A stretch of DNA of 64,000 nucleotides. It comes from a virus. Every line of letters starts with the position of its first letter. Position 1 is the first letter of the stretch. The stretch is from IMG/VR virus record IMGVR_UViG_3300037628_000643, positions 1-64,000 of that record. The stretch is one strand, 5' to 3'. A model generated the notes under the pieces. That model made no database searches. It was not told where the DNA came from and saw nothing but the letters and a program-made list of their open reading frames with translations. A program made the position numbers and the translations under genes. Of this stretch, positions 1 to 13,720 are shown one piece after another.

Positions 1-170
1 ATATATTATTCATGCTTCCCCCGACACTCTTTTCCACAACTCTTTATCCGCCCTTCCTTAAACTTATCTATCCTGCCTTCGAACTCATTCCCACAGTCGC
101 AGAGAAAAAGCCATATTGTCCTATGTTGCTTTCCGACTCTGTCTGTTCGGAGTTTTTTTAGTGGTTTCAT
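1..170 (-). CDS. Partial homing-endonuclease-type protein with Cys-rich repeat; runs off the window
   Basis: Manual translation from ATG at 170: MKPLKKLRTDRVGKQHRTIWLFLCDCGNEFEGRIDKFKEGRIKSCG…; same W-x-x-x-C-D-C-G…KSCG repeat as in 28909 and 34204. Confidence 0.65.
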
Positions 171-247
171 TTATTTTTCACCTTCATGTATATATCAATC
201 GCCAATAATATTGCGATACCAAGTCCTATCCATTGTTCTGGTGTCAT
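167..247 (-). CDS. 26-aa single-TM peptide
   Basis: MTPEQWIGLGIAILLAIDIYMKVKNK; ATGA overlaps with both neighbours. Confidence 0.55.
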   Translation of the reverse strand: MTPEQWIGLGIAILLAIDIYMKVKNK

Positions 248-1816
248 ATTTTCTCCAATGATTCTTTCCAGTCACCGAAGTCTTCTACATGCGCTATCTC
301 TTCATAGCTACCTTCATGAGCAACTACCCACTGATTACCTTCTTCTATCGGCTTATCAGCATAAGCGTTCAGAGCTCCATCCATATCAATCGCAATCCAG
401 AAAGAACCGTATTGGACACCGAATTCACACCCCTTATAGGTGATTACTTTTTTATTACTGGTATGTGATATTATTTTCATTTATACCTCAATCGTCTTTT
501 GCTCATAAAGCTTCTTCTCCTTCAACACAGTAATAGCGTACTCTGAAGACATCAACATCTCATATGAAAATGCTAAGTCATTAATCAATCCTTTCGCATC
601 TTCTGTATCCGTCATAGAATTCGACTCTTGCATGATGTCACTGATATTTCCTAGGTATATTTTAATGCTATCTTCTAGAATCTTTATTGCACCATTGTAT
701 TTGTCTGGGTTGTTCATGATTATTTCTCCTATTTTCACCTAAAACATTTCATCTACCGTATAGCCCCATTCTTCAGCGATCCTAGCTTGAGCCTCATTTA
801 ACTCAGATAACTTATCACTTAGTTCTCTTTTTAGCTCAAATATCTCATCTGGAAGATAGTTAACAGTATTCCAATCGTCACCTTCCATATTCTCTGTTCC
901 AGTTAACTCTTCTCCATGCACTGCACAAAGTATTGCGTCATAACCATCATCTCTTAATTCATTTATTGTTTCACCTTTACTTTCAAATAACACTGAGCCA
1001 CAATCCGAACAAAAGCCTCTGTCGTTCATAGTTACTCATCCCAATCCTCATTATCTTCATATTCAAACCAAGTACCCATGTACGGCTTCGGAGTTACCAT
1101 TTCTTCTTTTTTAATAAAATTTGCATCAACGAACTTCTTTGCCTTAACCAACTCTATTTCAATCAGCTCGTTCATGCTATCTGGAGTTAGGTCATGATTG
1201 AAAACACGCTCATAAAAATTGCATATAGCAATAATGTATTCACCTACTTCATCACACATCTCTTCAGCTTTATTGCTGAGTTCAACTGTATCAATGTTCA
1301 TTTCACCTCCTTCTTATTTTTCTGTTTTGATTTATTAGTACACTTTTGCAAATAATGATAAGTATTCTTAGTGAAGTGCTCACCATTGGTTAGCGGGTTT
1401 CCTCTTATGCATCCTAGGCAAGTCATTATTTCTCCTACATATCTATTGCCAACAACATATCAATAGAAGCCCAATATATGACGCCACTATCCTCATTGAT
1501 AAAAAGTGCATACAGAGTTCCGTTAACTTCAACATACCCATCAATGTATCCTGTATCTCCAGTGTCACAGCCATCAACTCCGTAGCCAATCACTTTCACT
1601 CTTGTCTTGCTGGATGGTATTTTCATTCTTTCTCTCTCCTACTTAGGATCATATTCAATTTGATAACCTATTTCTAATAAGTCTTCATCACTGAACGACA
1701 TTTTGTATCCTGGCAGCATCCATAGTCCAGTATCGCTCTCAGCTACAATCCATAGCCATTCGTCTTTGGTTTTCACCCAATAATACCCATCTTTTCGTAT
1801 AGTCATTTATTTCTCC

Positions 1817-2602
1817 TTAGTTATTCGCCTTCTCCCACTCATAAATATAATCCTCATGCCTTCCTGTTATACGGAATGCTATGATGTCTTTCTGATGATG
1901 ACAAAGACGCCAATAACCATGTTGTGGCTTTCCAGTATCACCATTCCTATACCTTGCCTCAACTATAAATCCTTCTGGAAGCGGACAATCTCCTCCTGAC
2001 CATGAATGCCAGTGATCCATACGAGGCTGACAATATGTAGTGCCATGAAGGTTAGTTGGCCTAAATACCAAGCCATCATCACTAATGGAAACAAGCTTGT
2101 CTATTTTGATGTTCTTTGAACCAAGATTCCAAAACTCACAATCGATAGAATTAATCAACACTGACAAATCAATGACTTTCTTTTTCTTCTTTAGCCAACC
2201 AAACTTAATTAACTGATCAACTTCCCAGCCAGTATCAATGAAGTCCCAATATAAATGACCGCTATCTTTAAATTGATCTGTGACTTCTAAATGATCTGGA
2301 ATAATACATGTCTCTTTTTTAGCCACGAACTTTAGCTGTTCGTTTTCATCTTTTAACTTCAAATTTTCTTCCGTCAATATATCGCTTCGATTTGACAGGT
2401 TATCAATCCTTACATTTAAGCTTTTGATGGTTTTTTCTGTTTCGCCATTCAAAGCCTCAAGAATCAACTTCACATCACTTTGCATAATATCTTTATTAGC
2501 TGAACATACCCTAATCGCATTCTCATGTACTTCACGGTGAATATAACCGATATGCACACCATGCTTATTGTATTTCTCTTTGCCTTTTTCGTAAGTATTC
2601 AT
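1817..2602 (-). CDS. Hypothetical with coiled coil and C-terminal W-x-x-W-x-GG-x-CP phage domain
   Basis: WHSWSGGDCPLPEGFIVEARYRNG…DIIAFRI. Confidence 0.6.
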   Translation of the reverse strand: MNTYEKGKEKYNKHGVHIGYIHREVHENAIRVCSANKDIMQSDVKLILEALNGETEKTIKSLNVRIDNLSNRSDILTEENLKLKDENEQLKFVAKKETCIIPDHLEVTDQFKDSGHLYWDFIDTGWEVDQLIKFGWLKKKKKVIDLSVLINSIDCEFWNLGSKNIKIDKLVSISDDGLVFRPTNLHGTTYCQPRMDHWHSWSGGDCPLPEGFIVEARYRNGDTGKPQHGYWRLCHHQKDIIAFRITGRHEDYIYEWEKANN

Positions 2603-5255
2603 ACTTTCTCCTCCCCTATAATAACTCTTCGAATAACAAAAGCTGGAACCTCTACAAAGCCTTTTTGTGCTGCAGTTTGGTATGCAACATTTCTTCTGTC
2701 AATTTTATTAAATACAGTAGCCTCACTAAGATTCATTGTCTCGTTAATATCATTATGCGATCTATCGTGATCAAATCCACTCTTACTGCAATAAGATACA
2801 GCAAAGTGCCCCATTGGGGATATTAGTACAAATGTGTCTGCCATACTTTTTCTCCTTAATTAATTATAATTGACCAGACGGTAGCGGCTTAACACTGCTT
2901 TTGTCTAGCCAAGTATCACCCGCCCTAACCTTAGTAGGAAGGACATCCGTCAACTTCACGATAGAACCCCTAAATATTACTCGCTGACCAATTAGAAAAT
3001 CGTCTTTCGCATCTTCTTTTTCTACTATTTCGCCATTCAATAAATCAATAACCTTATCCTGAAACTCATTAGCCTCTTTCTTAGATTCAGCGAACAATAA
3101 AACCTTTCCTGTCCAGCCGTGCGTGTCTATCTGAGCTGTGAACATGTCATCTTCTTCGCCAATGAAAACTCTTCCTTTCTTATATTCTTTAGTGCAATTG
3201 TTACTCATAAAATTTCTCGCCCCTTATTATTAAATACAAACTTAACTCTCTGCCAAAATGACATGCTCTTGAATTCTGATATTTGTTTTTCTTTTTCTCT
3301 AATCTGACATCTATTATCTTCTACCTTTCTTTGAAGAATATCAGCGGATTCCTTATAAAACGCAACCGAATTATTTATGCCATCAACCGTTAGCCCTAAT
3401 ACATCTTCAACCATAGGATGCATTGCAACCTGAACATATTTTGCTGGGAATTCTAGCCTACCTGTGTTATTGTTATATTCTCGTTTTTTACTTGTATCTG
3501 GATAACAATACTCTCTTGTATTAAACCTCTTATACTCTACTGTAAGATCTTCTCTCGTCACTGCAGAGGAAACACGAACCGATGGAGGCCTATACATCTC
3601 GACTCGACATAACTGATCTCTGTCCATTTCTACATAATTGATGTCTGTTATGACTGTTATTTTGCTGCTCATATCTTCTCCTTCAACTTCGCTACTAGCT
3701 CATTAGCGCGATTAATCAGCTTTTGACTAGCGGTTATTGCTAGATGCTCTAGCTCACCAATCACAGCCTGAACTTGCTCATTCCATGCTATATTAGCCTC
3801 TTCTTCGACAGTAAAGACAAATAGCTGATTTCCGCACCTCCTTCGATATCCAGTATTATCCACTGGAGAAATAACTCTCTTAGTAGTCTCGCCTTTTGCA
3901 TTCAGCGGGGCAAAGTACATCTTAGAGTAATACACTCGCTTATCTGTTTCATCGATTGATCTAATGATGCATTTAGTTGGAGGTACACTTCGTAGTGCTT
4001 TCTTGTTTAAATCCGGTTGATTATAGTGAGTAACCCACACTATTTCACCTTCATGCTTTCCATCTTGAATTTCTTGTGTTTCAATTTCCATAAAATATTC
4101 ATCCTGTTATGTGTATTCTTTTAATGATTTTCTTGTAAAGCCATCCGTCTCTAACAATCTCACGGGTAACCAATCCGTCTTTATGTAGTTTTCGATATTT
4201 CTTTCTTAATTTCATGTGAGAATATTTATATCTATGTACGAATATCATTTATTTTTACCCAAAAATATTGGCATCCAATTGAAACACATTAATACCAAAA
4301 ACGCAAAGTCAATCAAGAAATTATCTGTAATAATTAACTTAAATGCTATATTGATAGCGACAATACCTAATCCTGAAAGTAGAATCAACATCAATGTAGA
4401 GAATAACCTTATACCCTGTAACATTTGATTATGCCAAGGTGTACCATCGTGGATCTTGATGTTGAAGTTTATGTTGAATGTTTTCATTGTTTCTCTAACT
4501 CCTCTATACGTACAGTCAACTCTTCAACAACAGAAAGCAATTCAAGGACATACTCCTCAACAGATTTACTCGCGTGATACTGACGTCCACACTCAGGACA
4601 CAAAGGCCCATCTTCACTCAAATCCTCTTCTGGTGTAGGAGTATCAAGTCCGTACCCACAACTACAATATGCAAATGCCATTATTTTTCTCCTCGCTGTT
4701 TATTTTCATCATAACAATCACCCATGAATTCTTCTATTTCCTCTTCAGTCCATCCCTGCTTTCTCATCTGCCAGTGAGTGGTTTCGTCAAGTTCAATGCT
4801 ACTTATTGGGTCACATTTATATCCAATGCTAGATATTACTAACACAAAAAATAAGAAAACAAATATTCCGATAATGATCACAACTGCCCACTCGGTAATG
4901 GCTTAAGATTATGTTCCGCTGCACAGTGAGCGTAACCTCTCTCTGGATTAAATATCCAAATCCAATCGTCTCTCGTAGAGTCATTGTTTTCTGGTTTGCA
5001 TACTGTGCAAATAGTGTTCGAGTATATGACTCTTTGTCCGATCATAAAACCATTCATAATCTCTTCTCCATCTTCAGCTTCCCACATAACGTTATCTCAA
5101 TTGCCACAATACAGTTCCCGATAACAGATGGCATTGTAACAATATACTCCTTGTTGTCTTGAGTAATTACATACTCTGTTTTTGAAAGCTTGTTTATTTG
5201 TGAAAATAAAATATAAATAAGAACAACCATGCAAAATGCGAATATTTTTAACTTT

Positions 5256-5726
5256 TTACTTAAACTCATATTTATCCACCTCACAACCCGTATGCCTATC
5301 ATACTTGGAAGCCACTTGAATTGCAACCTCTCCGTCTCCGCATATTTCAAATGCACCGTGAGCATATTGACTACCTGATCCTGCAGTGATAAACGTGTCA
5401 CAGATAATCCTTTTGTGTAGATCCCACTTATACCAGAATAATGTTTTTTCTGACTTATACACAAAGATTTCTAATCCGTCAGTGTGGTTTTTGACAAGAA
5501 GCACTGTTGATTCAGAAGAGTTTGGACGTTTAATTTTGCCTTCTTCATAGCTGTTATAAAACGATAATATATCATTTCTATCGCCTGAACCTACAATAAT
5601 GCTGTCCTTATACGTCAGTATCTTTGGATAGATATCCTCCATAACTTCCACGCCATTAATGCATTTCGTTCCGCGCTTATCGGCATAAACAATTTTCTTT
5701 TTGCAATCGATTAGGATTGTTGTCAT
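5256..5726 (-). CDS. HslV/proteasome-beta-like Ntn-hydrolase (threonine protease)
   Basis: N-terminal MTT nucleophile, ADKRG, PKI, two GSG motifs (AGSGSQYAHGA), C-terminal D-x-x-TG. Confidence 0.75.
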   Translation of the reverse strand: MTTILIDCKKKIVYADKRGTKCINGVEVMEDIYPKILTYKDSIIVGSGDRNDILSFYNSYEEGKIKRPNSSESTVLLVKNHTDGLEIFVYKSEKTLFWYKWDLHKRIICDTFITAGSGSQYAHGAFEICGDGEVAIQVASKYDRHTGCEVDKYEFK

Positions 5727-6589
5727 GAACTCTCCTCAACTTCAAAACGTTGAGCAGTAACACGCATTTCATACCCAGTTGAATGGTTACGACCTGTCCA
5801 CAACTCCTGTCTTTTAGGCTTGTCACCATCATGATAATTCCATTCATTGAAGATGAAGAACACCTCCGAAGCATCTAAACTAGAACATACAACTGCACTA
5901 TGTTTATCCAGCAACTCTGCTAACTCAATAAGAAAATTTGCTCTATTATCCATAATTACCTCCGAATAGTTACTAGCTTATATTTTTGACAAGACTCACC
6001 ATTATGTCTGTCATGCGTATGTTTTCCACAAGGACATAATTTGAAGCGAGGGAACTCGCACATAACTATCCTTTCTTCACACATATGACAGAAGCACCCT
6101 GAATTTGGTGGGCTTGCTCCACTAGTGCCACATTTAGGACATACATACCTGCTATACTCTTCTCTACTCATACCTACCTTCCATGGTGTTGCTATACTGG
6201 ACTGGTAGCTTCATTCCCCAAACTCCCGTTTGTCTTCTGGTACGGGGCGAATGAATCTATAGGCACAGTCATCTTCTGCCTTATATGGATAGTTATCATC
6301 GTCATTAATGTGGCCCAAAAGAAAAACAAACGAGTGAGAAAAATCCTCATTATCACTAAGCTCATAAAGCTTCCCAACCTCTGGCTTATAAGCAGCCTTT
6401 ATGATTGTTCCTGCGTTCTCGATTACAGATATTTTATCTGCCACCCAATCTCGACCTTCCGAGTGAATTTTGAAAGGATATAATTGATTGACGCTAAGTC
6501 CGACTAATCTGCACTTCATGCCTTCTGAGTCAAGATATAATTTTCCTATTTCGTATATGTAGCCGTTTACTTCGATTGTTTTGTTCATA

Positions 6590-7270
6590 TTATTTATTTC
6601 CTCTATGCCTAAATGATTGTTTCAAATCGAATCCAGCAGATAATATCTTGTTCTCATTTGGAATGCAACCTATTTCTTCATATTTTGCGAGAGTTGATTC
6701 AAGGTACATTTCGATTTCTTGATGAATCTCCGTGGCATTCATTATTGTTGAGAAGTTAATATCCTTCAGTACGGGGTATTTTGTAATATATGTATTTATA
6801 CGCCTAACCTCTACAAGCAATACTGCTGCATCATAACGCTTAAACAGACTGTGATCTGTAATATTTATTTTTTTATCGTACTGTTTTACAGATTTTGCCT
6901 TTCTCCTCGCCAAGCTTCTTTTTAGATACCTTGGATTGGAATGTACAGACTGGCGCTCATATTCATCAAAAACATCATTAAATAGAACCTTGTCATTATT
7001 AAATCCGCAATACAACCATGCATCCTCTTTTATCGTAGGGACAGCTCTATACCATTCTCCACAAACACCTACAAAGTATGAGACGTCTTTTTCAGTGAAC
7101 ATACTCTTGTTGTTGCTAGCATAATTTCCTACAAGGAAAAAAGTGTCAGATGATGTGTCGAGTATAAATTGCTCTTCTTTTCGAGTAAATACCTTCTTCG
7201 GATCAAACCCGTAAGCGTGAAACGCATAATCATAATAATCACGCTCTTTTGATATTAGTCTGTATGTCAT
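6590..7270 (-). CDS. Phage hypothetical protein
   Basis: RLISKERDYYD start and KILSAGFDLKQSFRH end. Confidence 0.6.
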   Translation of the reverse strand: MTYRLISKERDYYDYAFHAYGFDPKKVFTRKEEQFILDTSSDTFFLVGNYASNNKSMFTEKDVSYFVGVCGEWYRAVPTIKEDAWLYCGFNNDKVLFNDVFDEYERQSVHSNPRYLKRSLARRKAKSVKQYDKKINITDHSLFKRYDAAVLLVEVRRINTYITKYPVLKDINFSTIMNATEIHQEIEMYLESTLAKYEEIGCIPNENKILSAGFDLKQSFRHRGNK

Positions 7271-8552
7271 GAATTATTCCTTCCAGTTTATTACTGTACA
7301 TGACTCAGTTGGTAACGGTACACTAAACCCATATTGCTCCAACCATGAAATGATTTCTTTTCTTACAGAGTCATTTATCACAATGACAGCGAAAAAGTCA
7401 CCGTCATCCACCGCTTGTTTAATAGAATGCTCTACTCGATTTTTTTCAATCGAGAAAATATCATTGGATAGCTTACTTTGGACTCTCGCCTCTTGTGCAT
7501 TAATCATAACTTTTCCTCGCAATCATCAGGCCACGTTATTTTAATGGCGTACCCTTCGTCTTGGTGGTGCATATAACTAAAGCACCTATTGCCAAACTCA
7601 CTAACTGAAACTCCGTACCCGTTCTTGACAAGCTCATCCGTGACCCGCTTGATAACCCATGAGATAGATTTTCTTGAGATAACTCTAGAAGGCTCAGCCC
7701 ATCCACGATACAAAGAATCATAAGTAAGAAATCTCACCTCAGCTATATTACCGCCATCTTTGATTTCTTTATTGATCTTATTGTATGCCTTGTCGATATA
7801 CTCCTTGCATTGCTCCCTTGTTAACTCCCAATCACTTCTAACCTTACACATAGACTTGTTAGCTTCAATCGCAGTTGGTTTTACTGGTAATGATATGATT
7901 GGGATTATTAGCTTCTTTTCTTCTTGCTGGATATTATTCTTATTGTCCTTTCTAAAAAGAAAATACAACCATACTACAGCAAAGGTATATCCCATAATGA
8001 AAGATAGCGTTTCCATAACTCCTCCTAATTTATTAGTTTATTTATCAAATTCCATCAAGCCAATCGAAAACCACTCAGACCAATTCATAAAAACTACCCT
8101 GCCTGATCTAAATTGAATCAAGATTTCCGTACCGCTTGTTTCAAGCTCAACATCAGTACAAGTCATCACAGTGTCATTTTTTGGAATCCAAACATTTTTA
8201 ATACCAACGATATTAAGGTTAGTTTCTAGCCATTGCTTAATGCTATCGTCCTTTTTGTTAAATTTCTTTGAAATTGTCATAAATCTTCCTCCTACCAACT
8301 AACACTATGAATGCATGATAAGTCCATTATTCTATATCCCAATCCCTCTAGCCAATCTCTAATCTCGTACTCTACTATGTTGCCTGATTCAATCTCAATC
8401 GAACCTCTGCCTACAGAGATTGCCTCAGCGATTAAGTTCTCTATACGCTTCTTTTCAAGAATGAAAACTGAAGCCTTTAGCTTGTTTGTATTTTCTCTCG
8501 CCTCTTTTGCGTTAATCATGCTATTTTTCTCCGTTTTTGATTGATTTTAGTG

Positions 8553-8581
8553 ATTATTGCAAAAGCACCCTGAGATGTCAA
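8553..8581 (-). promoter_or_regulatory. Sigma70-type promoter
   Basis: TTGACA-17 nt-AATAAT upstream of ORF 8292..8519. Confidence 0.7.
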
Positions 8582-11500
8582 GCGTAAATGTTTTATTTTG
8601 AGCGTAGAATGCGTTTTTTTAATAGTAGGTGTGCGTTTTTAGCACTTTCCTTGTGCTAATACGAACTAATTACTCAAATATAAACACGTATTAAAAAATG
8701 CATTCTATCTGTAGTAGTGTTTTTGAGAGCTAACCTATGTCTTTTACATCTATTTTTTCAATATTTTCCCAATAATTACCATGAACATCAATATATCCTG
8801 TATAAATTGTTTTGGGCTTACCTGCGAAAGCCAACATAGCTCCATCTTCTTTGGCATTGTCATAAAACCAATAATATTTCCCAACCTCAGGCTCCCAAAT
8901 GTCTTCGATGGTTCCAAGCTCTCTTGGGCCCACTATGTATAGCTCGTTAGTATTAAGGAATCGAAATCCTCCATCTCCTGTGTAAGAACAATCTAGTGCT
9001 ACCTTGTGATCTGGACAAGCGATTATCTCCATACCATGTAAAAAAAGTATAACCCCTTCTTTGTTTTGATACAGCTTCCCAACTTCATATCGCTTGCCTT
9101 TGAAATCAATAGTATTATTCATTTGTTTTTTCTCCATCTCTAAATTTTACATAAACATTATATTCTTCTCGAAATCCATTCATATCATTAATTTTATTGA
9201 GCTCAATTAAATCAATAGAAATACTTTCGACCAGCGGGAGTAACTTACTTCTGAATTCTTCTTCAACCTGTTTCATATGATCGCTAACAATATCTTCCGT
9301 CAACTGTGCCTTTACTTTTTGTTCAAGACCATACTTCATAAGCTCCATTGCATTTATATTATTAGTTAGTGCCATATTTATTCCTCCTCATGCTTTTTCA
9401 AACAAGTAAACCCACGATCACCTACACACTTACCCTCATGATTTACATAAACAGGGCCACATCCTTCGCACAAAACTTCAACTATATAATCCTCCTGACA
9501 AAGACCCTTTAAATCGCCCATATCGGAATCGAAGTTCTCTATTGAGCATTGTTTGCAGAAATCTGCCATATCTATTCCTCCTCTGCAAAGAATACCATGC
9601 TCTTGTGCCAATCTTCAATCGTCATTGATCGCATATCTTCTTCAACATGTTCGTACACAATCCTCTCTCCGTTATCGATAACCATAACTACAGGACAAAG
9701 CCATAAGTCTTTATTGTCTGCCCAGATCTGCCCTTTTTCGACAATTAGTAAATTTGAGGTCTCTTTTTCGACATCTTCCATACAATCTATCCCTGTTCCA
9801 TTACAATTTGGACAAATCATTTTTCCTCCTTCAACATCTTCTCAACCTCATAAATAGCTTTCGACAACCTATACTCCGCTGGACAAGCATAATCATATTC
9901 ATGAAAATCAGATTCCTTATGGTGCAAATTTTCACACTCACAATGTTTTGTAGCTGCTTCCAAAACTAATTTTATATAATGCGCTTTTTGTTTATGGTTC
10001 ATTGGTGCCCCATCATTTGATATCCTCCATTTTCTTGTAAAACTCGACATACTTCACATATATCCACATCGATACAGGAATCACATAGGACATAGTAATC
10101 ATGAATCTTACCCAATTAGGGAAAATGAAGTCATCTAGCCAAATAGTGATAGGAAGAAAAAACAAACCTCCAGCTATGAGATATGAAAGTAACATAATGA
10201 ATAGCAGCATCTGACCAATGAAAATAAAAAATTCTTTTAGATTGATCAGGACAAATTTACCAAAATACTTCATCATTCAACCACCTCTTCCATCAAATAC
10301 CAAACGCCACCAAGCTGATAACATCGCTCTTCTGTGAATTTTTTCCACGGAAGACCATAAAGGCTAACTCGCTGTCCAGTTGTTGCATCAATACCATAAC
10401 TCACAATCTTGTCGCCTCGCCTATTCATTATCTTGTGAGGATAATCACTGTCAAAGTCATCGTGTTCGAATGTATGGCTGAATAGTTCAATCATTAGATT
10501 TCTCAACAACATCAATAAACTCAACCAGATAGTAATCATTAGCAGATAGCATCACTTGCAATACGATAACATCACAGTCGCTTTTAAAATATCCAGAATG
10601 GTCAAAATATCCTCTGCAAGGAGAGTCTTCATTAAAAAACGTCCCTGCATCACTAGAGTCTGCGTGAAATCTTGCAAATTTACTCTTCTCAGTTGATTTA
10701 ATTAATGTTCCTGAGATAGAGTTGAATGAAATATCGACTTTATTACCTGCGTGATTTATTGTATTGAACATATATTTCTCCTATTGTTTACTTACAACTA
10801 CTCCAACCATCTCCACAGTACAGCTTTGATCTCTTGGGAGTGATTGTTGGCACAGCATTTTTGCCTTGTAATATCTATCATGAATACCATCATCTCTTTC
10901 AACAAGACCTGCTATGATAAAAAATGTAATAACAACTCCTGCTGCAAAGCTTTTGATATAATTTTTCATCACATATCCTCGCTTTTCAATACAACAACCA
11001 AAACTTCACTAACGACACACTTCTGACTTCTAGGAATGTTTATCTCACAATTTTCGATGGCTTCTTTTGCCATAACGACTTCTGGCTGTGACTTCCATAC
11101 CGCTCCAGTCATTATTACTCCGAACATCATCCCGAAAACAACCATTACTACATCACTCATAAATTCCTCCTCAAATCCTTCATTGCTTTCATCGCTTTCA
11201 TTCGATCAGACAACTTCTTACGATTTTCTTCTGAAATTTGTTTTGGCTTCTTTGCGCCCAATATTAATGCAATACTAACTGCCTTGTCAATAGTCGTTTG
11301 ATAAATAGTTTCTCCATCGATGGGTGTGTTTAATAATATTGAGAGCTTCTTACACTTATTTGTCGTCAATGGTTTATTAACGCCATGTACTGCAACGCAA
11401 ATATGCGTATCAGATATTGGAGATATGGTTCCGTGCGGACAATCGATAGAGGTCATGCCCTCAGCCTCCATATCGAAAAAAAACCTTTGAGCAACGCCTT

Positions 11501-13720
11501 TGCCCTTGTGTATTAGTAATTGTTTCATAGATCTTTAATCCATCGGTGAGAGAGTTTCCAGTTTATGTTGTCGATATTTCGTTCGTGTGGAACACATACA
11601 TGATCTCCGACAGGATCTTCAATAGATGAAATCCACTCGAACAAGTCAATAATTATTTTCGACTCACTATTGTATACAAAAATATCGCCGCATTCATCTA
11701 TCGCCACTTGATTATATTTGTCATCAAATTTCTTTACGCCAATTGAGCGATAATAATCGTCTAAAGATTCTGTATCCGTACTCGCTGCGTTACTTGTATT
11801 GTTTATTTCATTCGTAACAACATTATTCGTAACTGTTGTCTTAAACAATTCACTAAACTCATCCACCGTGCATTCGATTGTTACTTTCATAAAATTATCC
11901 TCTCTACAAGTCTTTAATCCACATATGTGTTTCTGTCCAATCAACATTACTCATATCTTTTTTTGTATCAAGATAACGGTAGTTGCCATCTGTCAGCATC
12001 CATTCCTCATCGTCAAAGTATATTTCTTTGTTGTCACTTGTAAATATATTCACTGTACCATTTGGATCTATCGCCACTTGACCATGAGTGTCTTTGTGAT
12101 CCAGAACCCCTATCGAACGATAATAGTCAGCTAGGCTATCTTTGTCAAAATGATTTTCAAAAGCATCAGCTATATCCTTCCCCGTTAAAGTCACTCCACT
12201 AGAGATATTAATTGTATTTTTATGCAAATAACTTAGCATCATAGCAATCTCAAGCGGCTCACCTTCGAGCGTGAGATCTTTTGTTATGTATTTCATGAGT
12301 TAATCTCTCTATTGATTTCTGTTAATGAATCTTCCCAGTGCATTGCTTTTGTTGTTGTTTTACCAATACAAAAACCACCCGTAGTCGTATTTCGCCATGT
12401 ATACACCCTGCGAGTTACGTCACCATTCACAAACAAAACTACGTCGTTATCCTCATTAAATGCAGCATACTTGTACTTTTCGCTAATATAGCTTATATCT
12501 ATACCGAAAACTTCTGTGGTCGCAATACTATATGCACATGTACCTCCTTGCTTAAATATAGCTATCCACTTCTGAACTTCTGAGATATCGGGCTCAATAG
12601 TTATCTTCATTTAAAATACTCCTCTCTTGTGGCTGACTTAACTAACCTTGGGAGTATCGCAAACCCAAACAAGTTAAATGACTTAAGTGTAACAACATGA
12701 GTGTACTCATCGTACTCTTGAGCCAGACTAACTGGGTACAACGGAGCCCACTCATTATCGATAAAATTTGCAGCTACATCCTCTTCTATAAATCTCGGAA
12801 AGAAAGTCCAGAATAGCCATTTTATAAAATCAATCATTTATTTTCTCCTTAGTTCTTCCAATCAATTCTTGTTAGTGTTCTTGCATGGTTCTTACAGAGC
12901 ATGCTAGTCGATCCAATGTAATTACGATAATCGTCACAATTTCTTGAAAACCATTTCTTGTATCCTGCTCTTGGCTCAACTTGCCACAAATGTACACTTC
13001 CATCTTGATCTGCTGTAGCCCACTTATATCTTCGGTCTTCATTGCTGATATCAATTTCAAATACTTTTGTTTTTCGGACGATTTTTTCAGCTGATCTTCT
13101 CCATTGTGGCTCTCTATGTGGTAGCGTGTCTGATAGACACCTTTTCTTTCCAAAACACCAAAAAGCAGAATCGTTGCAGCTGTCAGGGACTGGCTGATGC
13201 GTGTATACCACAACAACTCCATCAGCGTTAGTTGCAACCCATGTATATTCCATCGGTATTAAATCAAAATCAAACCCGCTGTAGTCAAACTCTTTTGAGT
13301 ACTTCTGCATATCAGCATTACGGATAGCGTCAGCCACTATTCGCCTGCATGTAGCTTCGCCTCCTACAGGTATCTCTGGATAAAACCTCTTAGAATTTAC
13401 TTTTCGACGCTTGGCTGAATTAGTGTCCATTTTTATGCCAGAGTAAACCCGATGCCCTCTCGTGCCGTCATCGACATAAAGACACAAATTAACAATACAA
13501 GCACCTTCAACAGTAAACGGAACATTAACAACACAAGCCACTCCTTCGAAATTAAAAATCTGATACTCATTAACCAAAGACGGTTTATTTAAATTATCAA
13601 ACGCCTCTTCTATTTTCTGGACAATCACTTCCTTACTTAAATCACACCCATTGATATTGATTGTTACGTTATTCATTGTTGTCATAATATTTCCGTCTCC
13701 ACATTCATTTAAAAAAAGAG

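Larger units (their letters stand above)
244..13685 (-). other. Array of small leftward early/accessory hypothetical genes
   Basis: Tightly packed minus-strand ORFs, mostly 60-280 aa, with GGAG RBSs and ATGA overlaps. Confidence 0.85.
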
